NCBI GenBank assembly: GCA_965220045.1
Contig: OZ244803.1
Span: forward strand, 2,711,901 to 2,775,900
Reading direction: 5' to 3'
Length of the DNA stretch: 64,000 bases
From: Chloroflexota bacterium
GTDB taxonomy: Bacteria > Chloroflexota > UBA11872 > VXOZ01
This document shows, piece by piece, positions 58,001 through 64,000 of this stretch. Position numbers and translations under genes: made by a program. The notes beneath the pieces are model-generated. The model was not told the DNA's origin. It did no database searches and saw only the letters and a list, made by a program, of their open reading frames with translations. Position 1 is the first letter of the stretch. Each line of letters starts with the position of its first letter.

Positions 58001-58962
58001 TTACGCTTGATGCGCTCGAAGTAGTTGCACGGAATGACGTTCAGGGGGCCGAGGCGCTGCTCCACCTTATCGAGCAGTAGATTCAGACCGACGTTGTCGC
58101 ACGCATTGTGAGGCATGCGCACCCACCCCATGCCGAGCTCCTCCGCCTTGCGCTGGTGTGCGGTCGAGCAGCCAATCGTAACGAAGGTGCCGACACCGGC
58201 ATCCTTGAGCAAGGGGATCACCTCCACCGGGAAGAGCCAGCCACCACCGTCCTGGTGGAAAATCCGGCCCGCAGGCTGGTCGGCATCACCCGCCATGATG
58301 CGCGGGATCGCGCCGATGCGCGCCGCACCCTGAAACTCCGGCAAGGCCAGCAGCGCCTCCACCACGTCCCCGACGGTCTTGGCATTCGCAGCTTTGATGG
58401 CACCCCGCACGCCCTGGCCGTGGTGAAAGTCGGCCGGCGTATGTATGCACGCCAGCGGCAGTCCCAACAGCTTCGCCGTGTCTTTGCCGATACGGTTGAA
58501 GTCTTCGGCATTGAGCCAGCGATCGGTCATCATGTTTTCGATGTGCGGTACGGCGTCTGCACGTGAGACCCCTGCACCTTCGAGCAGATCCACGAGATAC
58601 GGCACCGAATCATACACCAGCGTGTCGGCCGGTACGCCAATGCTGTTCGTATGGTGAGAAATGACGGCGTCCACCCGCGTGCCGCTGCTGCGCAGGTGAT
58701 CGGCCAGCAGCAGCTCTTGCGTCCAGATGTTGATCCCCAACATGACCGAATCGAGCTCGGTGTCTGCGGGGCCATTCACAATGCGCACGTCGCCGTAGGG
58801 ATTCTTGAAGCGCTCCTGGTCGTAGTAGGGCTGGCGCCATGCCGGCAGCGCGGCGAACTCCTGTCGGCGCTGCTCAAGTTGGCGGTCGAGCGCCTCACGC
58901 CCTCGTGGGTCAACCTCGCGGCCGATTTCAATGGCAGTTTCGTACAGTTCGCGCAGGGTCAT
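57997..58962 (-). CDS. NIF3/DUF34-like dinuclear-metal-center protein (tentative), paralog 2
   Basis: About 50% identical to 56728-57795 (MTLRELYETAIEIGREVDPRG..., AVISHHTNSIG, MPHNACDNVGLNLL). Confidence 0.45.
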   Translation of the reverse strand: MTLRELYETAIEIGREVDPRGREALDRQLEQRRQEFAALPAWRQPYYDQERFKNPYGDVRIVNGPADTELDSVMLGINIWTQELLLADHLRSSGTRVDAVISHHTNSIGVPADTLVYDSVPYLVDLLEGAGVSRADAVPHIENMMTDRWLNAEDFNRIGKDTAKLLGLPLACIHTPADFHHGQGVRGAIKAANAKTVGDVVEALLALPEFQGAARIGAIPRIMAGDADQPAGRIFHQDGGGWLFPVEVIPLLKDAGVGTFVTIGCSTAHQRKAEELGMGWVRMPHNACDNVGLNLLLDKVEQRLGPLNVIPCNYFERIKRN

Positions 58963-59226
58963 CTGCGTGCTCCCACTCCACCGTGCGGTCGCTGCGCCGC
59001 CTCCTTATTCGTCTCGCCGCAGCAGCGCAGACACGCGGCGAGAGGTACACTCCTACCGTCGCTCCAGGGAGAAGAGGCTGATTCGGTTCAAGTGCAGGTC
59101 TTTGGAGTGCAGTCCTCGAATTTCTGCAAGGTGGACTTCTCGGTTGTGCGTCAATTCAGCGCGTCCAACCCAAGCTGCGCAATCGCAGCTATCGGCTCCT
59201 GAAATACGCGCTCACACCGTTGTGTC

Positions 59227-60489
59227 CTACTTCGCGTAGTGGGTGAACACCTTGCGGATGGCGCGCGCCATGTCGTGGATCATTTCCTCGGTGCACTTCT
59301 CGTTGACGTGCCGCACGAGCATGCGCTTCAGGATGCCTTCGGCCTCCGGGCACATGCCGGTGTAATAGCGCACGTCGCGGCCGCTGGCGGGATCCAGGAG
59401 CGGAAACGCCGATTCGCCAAAGAAGCGACGGTTCTTGAGCACGTCATATTCATAGATGGGCGTGCGCGTGTAGCCGGCGCCAAAGCCGACGCCCTCATGG
59501 GCAAAGGCCTGCGACAAGTCGTCCAAGCCGACACTCAGTTCTTCCAGCTTCGCAATGGGGCACCAATTCCAGAAGACGTGGGTGCTTTCCGGTGTCGGCG
59601 CGCGCGGCGGGATGATGCCGGGCACGTCTTCGACCAGGTCGCTCAGCATGTTGCCCCACTTCGTGCGCAGGCCCGTAATGGTCGGCAGCTTGCGCAATTG
59701 CGCCAGGCCGACGGCCCCTTGCAGTTCCGTCATGCGGTAGTTGGGCGCAAGGAAGGGCGGCTGATTTTCGCGCCCGCTGCGGCCGCGGCCCTTGTTGTGC
59801 GCCAGCATGATGCGCTCACCCAGGTAGTCGTTGTTCGTCACCGTCATGCCGCCGTCGCCGGTGGTCATGTGCTTGCTCTGCTGGAAGGAGTAGCAGCCGA
59901 TGTCGCCGATGGTGCCGGCGTAACGGCCGTTATACGCCGCCATGTGCGCCTGAGAGCAGTCCTCGATCACCAGCAGGTTATGCTTGCGGGCCAACTCCAC
60001 GATGGGGTCCATGACCGCCGCGTTGCCCTGCAAGTGCACCACCATAATGGCAACGGTGCGCTCGGTAATGCAGGGCTCGATGGTCTCAGCGGTGATGATG
60101 CCGGAGATCGGATCCACGTCGGCAAAGACCGGCACAGCGAGCTGGTAGAGTATGGCGATGATGCTGCCAATGTCCGTGATTGGCGCGACGATGATCTCGT
60201 CACCCGGGTTGGGGCCCACCGCCAGTACGCCCACGTGCAGCGCTGAGGTGCCGGAAGTGCTGGTGACGGCATGCTTGACGCCAAACGTCTTCTTCCACTC
60301 GTCCTCGAACTGCGTAACCTTGGGGCCGCCGAGGACGTTCAGGTTGCCGGACCGGATCACTTCCGTCAGTTCGGCGATCTCTTCATCGCCGAACATGCGA
60401 CCGCTGATGTCGCTGTTGGTGGGAAACTTGTAGTCGACGGTCCTGGGGCCGCCTTCTATGGCAAGTTGCTCTTGCTCCACGGTCTGCAT
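59227..60489 (-). CDS. DegT/DnrJ/EryC1/StrS family PLP-dependent aminotransferase (second copy). Start taken at the Met at 60487-60489 (GAGGAG RBS)
   Basis: ...FGVKHAVTSTSGTSALHVGVLAVGPNPGDEIIVAPITDIGS... and ...YSFQQSKHMTTGDGGMTVT... (PLP-Lys). Confidence 0.85.
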   Translation of the reverse strand: MQTVEQEQLAIEGGPRTVDYKFPTNSDISGRMFGDEEIAELTEVIRSGNLNVLGGPKVTQFEDEWKKTFGVKHAVTSTSGTSALHVGVLAVGPNPGDEIIVAPITDIGSIIAILYQLAVPVFADVDPISGIITAETIEPCITERTVAIMVVHLQGNAAVMDPIVELARKHNLLVIEDCSQAHMAAYNGRYAGTIGDIGCYSFQQSKHMTTGDGGMTVTNNDYLGERIMLAHNKGRGRSGRENQPPFLAPNYRMTELQGAVGLAQLRKLPTITGLRTKWGNMLSDLVEDVPGIIPPRAPTPESTHVFWNWCPIAKLEELSVGLDDLSQAFAHEGVGFGAGYTRTPIYEYDVLKNRRFFGESAFPLLDPASGRDVRYYTGMCPEAEGILKRMLVRHVNEKCTEEMIHDMARAIRKVFTHYAK

Positions 60490-60763
60490 GGGCAGTCTCT
60501 CCTCACTTTGCTGCGGGATTGATCGGGTAATGACAAGCGCATGGTTGCTCTCATTGTGGACAAACGGCAAAGGGAGCGCAAGTGATCGCGAGCCATGTTG
60601 TCATGCCGCATGTGGACGCATGTCTGTGCCAAGGAGGTTGGCGGCTCTGAAAAGAACTGCGATACGCAGTTGCTTGGCTTGGAGTAAGGAGAATGCGCGG
60701 CAAGAAGCAATCTTGTCCGCCCGGCATGCGCCATTAAATGAGCACAGCACGCTGCGATCCGTC

Positions 60764-61183
60764 TCAGGAGAACGATACGCACGCGTTGCGCACCACGCGC
60801 AGCACGGTTTCTTGGTTGAACCGCGTCTCGTACTCCTGCGAGATCTCGTCGGTGAGACGCATTCCTTCCTCGCCCGGCGAGGTTAGGATGATGAGCACCT
60901 TGGAGCGCTCGCGTTGCACGACGCCGTCAGAGCCCCGCCACTGGCCGGCCCCGTCAACGACGGTCAGGCCGTCTGGGAATCGCGGTGTCACCGTATCGGC
61001 TAGAAACTCCGCCCAAGCTTCATCGCTCACCACCTCCGTGCCGCCGCTGCTGCGGCCAAAGTAAAGCTGGTATTCGGCAAAGGCGTCGGTGCCCTCCGGA
61101 CACGTGGACACGGCATAGCCACCGCAACTTGCGAGTGCGAAGATGGCGATAGCGGTGAAGAGTAGGGCAGCCAGTGAGCGCAC
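60764..61183 (-). CDS. Small lipoprotein (DUF3574-like). Probable GTG start at 61181-61183 with GGAGGA RBS
   Basis: VRSLAALLFTAIAIFALASCGG lipobox, then ...EYQLYFGRS...VSDEAWAEF...FPDGLTVVDGAGQWRG... Confidence 0.45.
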   Translation of the reverse strand: MRSLAALLFTAIAIFALASCGGYAVSTCPEGTDAFAEYQLYFGRSSGGTEVVSDEAWAEFLADTVTPRFPDGLTVVDGAGQWRGSDGVVQRERSKVLIILTSPGEEGMRLTDEISQEYETRFNQETVLRVVRNACVSFS

Positions 61184-61265
61184 AAAGATTCCTCCAATCG
61201 GGCAAAGAACTCTTATAAACTTATGTCGGCATGCTAGTGGCCAAACTACTCTGGATTGATGGATA

Positions 61266-61292
61266 GCGCAGGTTTGTAACCTGCGCCGCCGG
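61266..61292. repeat. Family-C palindrome
   Basis: gcgcaggtttgtaacctgcgccgccgg. Confidence 0.8.
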
Positions 61293-61703
61293 TGACACTC
61301 ACCCATGACAAAAGTCTCGTTGGACTTCTAGCGACCGGTGGATTGCCAGCTATTCTCCAGGCCGCGGCCCTGCAACCAAGTGCGCCGCGGCGCCAGGCTC
61401 AGTCCGGTTCACGCGAAGTCTCGCCGAAGTCGCGCACTGTGTCTCGCGCTGCGCATCCATGCTATCTGCGGATGCACGGCGTCAACTGCGGACAGTATAC
61501 TGCAGGCAGGAACATCCGGCAGCAGCCAGCGGCGGCAGGTGTGAGGGAGGAGTTTCTCCTTTAGCCCACACCGCGGAGAGCAGGACTTTGGCTCAAACCC
61601 TTGTTATCACGCGGCAGCGAGTTGAGGTCTCTAAAATTTCACGACCGCCGCGGCAAGGTCCAAATTCTGGATGTAGTCAACATATTGAGGAGCAGGTACG
61701 CCC

Positions 61704-63641
61704 ATGTCAACGCAACTCAGCGGACATCCAGACGGCCCGCAGCCGCGCGTCTTTGACGACTCCAGCGAATGGATGCGGGGTATCACCCGGACGTGGCAGT
61801 TCCTGCCGCCGGTCGACATGCGGGCTGCCATCACACCGGACGAGGTCGAGGCGGCCAGCGGACATACGTTTGTCATCACACTGACGGCGGGGCCGGGTCT
61901 GGTCCTGCCCGCAGGCGCCCATATCACCGTGGAAATCCCGGATTGCTGGGACTGCCATTTGGGCAACTGCTACCGCCGGGGTGTAAATACGCTCGTTAGC
62001 CGCGACCAAAACCGCGCGGGCTATGGCGCGTTTGCTGACGTGACGTGTACGAACGCCGGCGTGCAACTCGCCCTTGCCGTCTCCTATGGACGCCATCTCG
62101 ATCTGCTCGATGTGGTGGTGCAAGCCGGCACACTGCAGGCGGGAGACGAAGTGCAGATCACTATGGGCGCGCCTGACGGCAATCTGCTGCAGGCACAGAA
62201 GTTCGCCCAGACCGCCGTATTCAGCATCGGCGTCGACGCGGACGGCAGCGGAGAGTACCGGCAAATTGCCAACTTCCCCACCGTGAAGGTGGTGGGCGCG
62301 GGCGAGGCCGACCGGTTTCGCGTCTTTGCGCCCGCCGTGGTACAGCCGGGTGAGTCTTTCGACGTGCGCGTGCTGCCGGTGGATATCTATAGCTTCAATC
62401 CCGCGACGAACTATGCCGGCGAGGCACAGGTGTTCGCGCCGGAGGGCGTGGCGACAGCCGAACGCATCGCATTAGACACTGCGGCGCAGCCCTTGGGACA
62501 GACCCTTGCCGTCACCGCCAAGACGAGCGGCGTACACACGCTCAGCGTTTTCGATCCCATAGCGGGCATTTCCGGCAAGAGCAATCCCACCGGTGTCGGC
62601 TTCCTGTCGGACCGCGGCGTCTATTTCGGCGAGATGCACAGCCAGATGTGGCACAGCATGGGCACGGGCACCACGGAGGAGTTCTTTGGTTGGGGCCGCG
62701 ATGTCGCCGGACTCGACTTCTGTGCGCCTGCGAATCACTACAACTGGCGCTTCGAGGTGACTGACGACATCTGGCAGGATCTCGTCGCCGACTGCAACCG
62801 CTGCAACGACCCCGGCAGATTCGTCACGCTCGTTAGCTTCGAGTGGGGCGGCATTGGCGGCAGCGGACACAAGAACATCTACTACCGGGGTGTTAGCGGC
62901 CCGTTCCACTATTGGTACCAAGGCCAACACCGCGACCCGGATGCGCTCTGGCAAGACATGGCCGGCCGGGGACTGGAGGCGCTCACCGTGCCCCACCATC
63001 CCAAGTCCATGGGCGGCGCCGACTGGCGCTTCCGCAACGACCGCTATCAACGGCTGGTCGAAATCTGTTCCATGTGGGACATTGCGGAAGAGTCCGGGCC
63101 GCTCAGCGTACAGGCCGCCTTGGCGATGGGACACCGCCTCGGCTTTGTGGGCGGCACGGACAGTCACTACGGTCTGGCCAACCAAGGCAGCTTTCACGTG
63201 AACGACGGCAACGGGCTCGCCTGCGTGGTGGCGCCGGAACTGACGCGCGAGGCCATCTGGCAGGCACTCTACGACCGCCGCTGCTACGCCACCACCGGCG
63301 ACCGCATTCTGCTGGACTTCACCCTTGACGACAGGCTCATGGGCAGCGATCTATCCGCCGACCTGAGTGCGGTTGGGCCGCGCCGCTTGCGCATGCGCGC
63401 GGCAGGCACGGCGACAATCACGAGGGTGGAGGTCATCCGCAACAATGAGGTGGTCTTCAGCGCCGACCCGCAAACCGACGTGTGGGAAGACGAGTGGACC
63501 GACACCGCCGACCTATCCGCAGTTGCCTTTGCGCCCACGTTCCCCAATGACCGCCCGTTCGTCTACTACTACCTGCGCCTTTACCAAACCAACCGCCAGC
63601 GCGCGTGGAGCAGCCCGATCTGGTTTACGCAGGCGGACTGA
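61704..63641 (+). CDS. DUF3604 family protein, divergent paralog (HxH motif degraded to H-S-Q)
   Basis: YFGEMHSQMWHS, LDFCAP, GGTDSH, REAIWQALYDRRCYATTGDRILLD, C-terminal YYYLRLYQTNRQRAWSSPIWF. Confidence 0.65.
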   Translation: MSTQLSGHPDGPQPRVFDDSSEWMRGITRTWQFLPPVDMRAAITPDEVEAASGHTFVITLTAGPGLVLPAGAHITVEIPDCWDCHLGNCYRRGVNTLVSRDQNRAGYGAFADVTCTNAGVQLALAVSYGRHLDLLDVVVQAGTLQAGDEVQITMGAPDGNLLQAQKFAQTAVFSIGVDADGSGEYRQIANFPTVKVVGAGEADRFRVFAPAVVQPGESFDVRVLPVDIYSFNPATNYAGEAQVFAPEGVATAERIALDTAAQPLGQTLAVTAKTSGVHTLSVFDPIAGISGKSNPTGVGFLSDRGVYFGEMHSQMWHSMGTGTTEEFFGWGRDVAGLDFCAPANHYNWRFEVTDDIWQDLVADCNRCNDPGRFVTLVSFEWGGIGGSGHKNIYYRGVSGPFHYWYQGQHRDPDALWQDMAGRGLEALTVPHHPKSMGGADWRFRNDRYQRLVEICSMWDIAEESGPLSVQAALAMGHRLGFVGGTDSHYGLANQGSFHVNDGNGLACVVAPELTREAIWQALYDRRCYATTGDRILLDFTLDDRLMGSDLSADLSAVGPRRLRMRAAGTATITRVEVIRNNEVVFSADPQTDVWEDEWTDTADLSAVAFAPTFPNDRPFVYYYLRLYQTNRQRAWSSPIWFTQAD

Positions 63642-63924
63642 GGCATCGAACAGCCCAGCGGTCTTCTACTCGGGCGGGCGTTGCAGGGCATCTTCAACGC
63701 GCCGCAGAGAAGCTTGGGTCGCGTGCAATTCATCCAGTAGTTGATCCCTCGTCGCGGGGGATCCCAGCGTGCGCTGGGGTTCTCGCTTCACTTCGTCCAT
63801 GGTGCTTACCACAACGGCTATAGACAGATTTGCCCCGATGGACGTTACGGCAATTGTATGTGTTGAGTAATTCGTTGACAGAATCTCCCGTCCACTTGAC
63901 CGTGCTGAAAGGTCACGTCATTCC

Positions 63925-64000
63925 TGTAAGTGTCAGGTAATTCGTTGACAGATCTGGTAGAACATTGATGAGTGTCAATCATCAGATCTGGAGGCAACTG
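63925..64000 (+). mobile_element. Second copy of the IS481-family element, truncated by the window edge. Again inserted directly after gtcattcc of a hairpin
   Basis: tgtaagtgtcaggtaattcgttgacagatctggtagaacattgatgagtgtcaatcaTcagatctggaggcaactg is identical (1 mismatch) to 55540-55615. A solo IS end lies just upstream at 63856-63890. Confidence 0.85.

Overview
This is a 64 kb, high-GC (about 65%) bacterial chromosomal window with dense coding on both strands. The lipoprotein-type substrate-binding proteins with long Ala/Pro/Glu linkers and the GGAGG-type ribosome-binding sites suggest a monoderm, Chloroflexota-like organism, but that is only a guess. Genes I can support:
- Three paralogous family-1 sugar ABC substrate-binding lipoproteins alternating with two sulfatase-family genes, all on the minus strand and with no permease or ATPase genes nearby.
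- A three-gene glutamate-synthase-like cassette (amidotransferase-like, GXGXG and FMN subunits) arranged like N-methylglutamate synthase mgsABC.
- A tRNA-Thr(UGU) with a consensus sigma-70 promoter.
- Two divergent DUF3604 paralogs.
- A complete DppABCDF/Opp-type ABC transporter.
- A PQQ beta-propeller lipoprotein and a galactonate-dehydratase-family enolase.
- hisB and hisD, separated by an unrelated gene, with hisB translationally coupled to two GT9 heptosyltransferases.
- A small island encoding an HprK-like P-loop kinase, a phosphosulfolactate synthase (ComA) family protein, a C45 Ntn-hydrolase, a deacetylase-like protein, a GldA-like dehydrogenase and a DegT aminotransferase.
- A sodium:solute symporter.
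- A complete IS481-family insertion sequence with a second copy truncated by the window edge.
- Tandem NIF3-like paralogs and a second DegT aminotransferase.
The most striking thing is not a protein system but a set of short structured repeats (palindromic, MITE/REP-like). The dominant family is a 30 bp hairpin, gtcattcccgcGAAAgcgggaatccatctt. It has a GNRA tetraloop, compensatory stem variants, and about 20 copies in intergenic DNA. Two inverted copies bracket a small GIY-YIG nuclease gene at 158..629. A frameshifted copy of the same bracketed unit sits at 1826..2315, and a 3' fragment at 866..985. This is the same architecture as the REP/RAYT 'REPIN' system, but with a GIY-YIG nuclease where the HUH transposase would be. 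The IS481-family element has inserted into this hairpin family at the same position in both copies, and solo IS ends abut hairpins in a 0.5 kb MITE cluster at 33.6-34.2 kb. All functional calls are from reading the translated ORFs against family motifs I know from memory. No database search was run.
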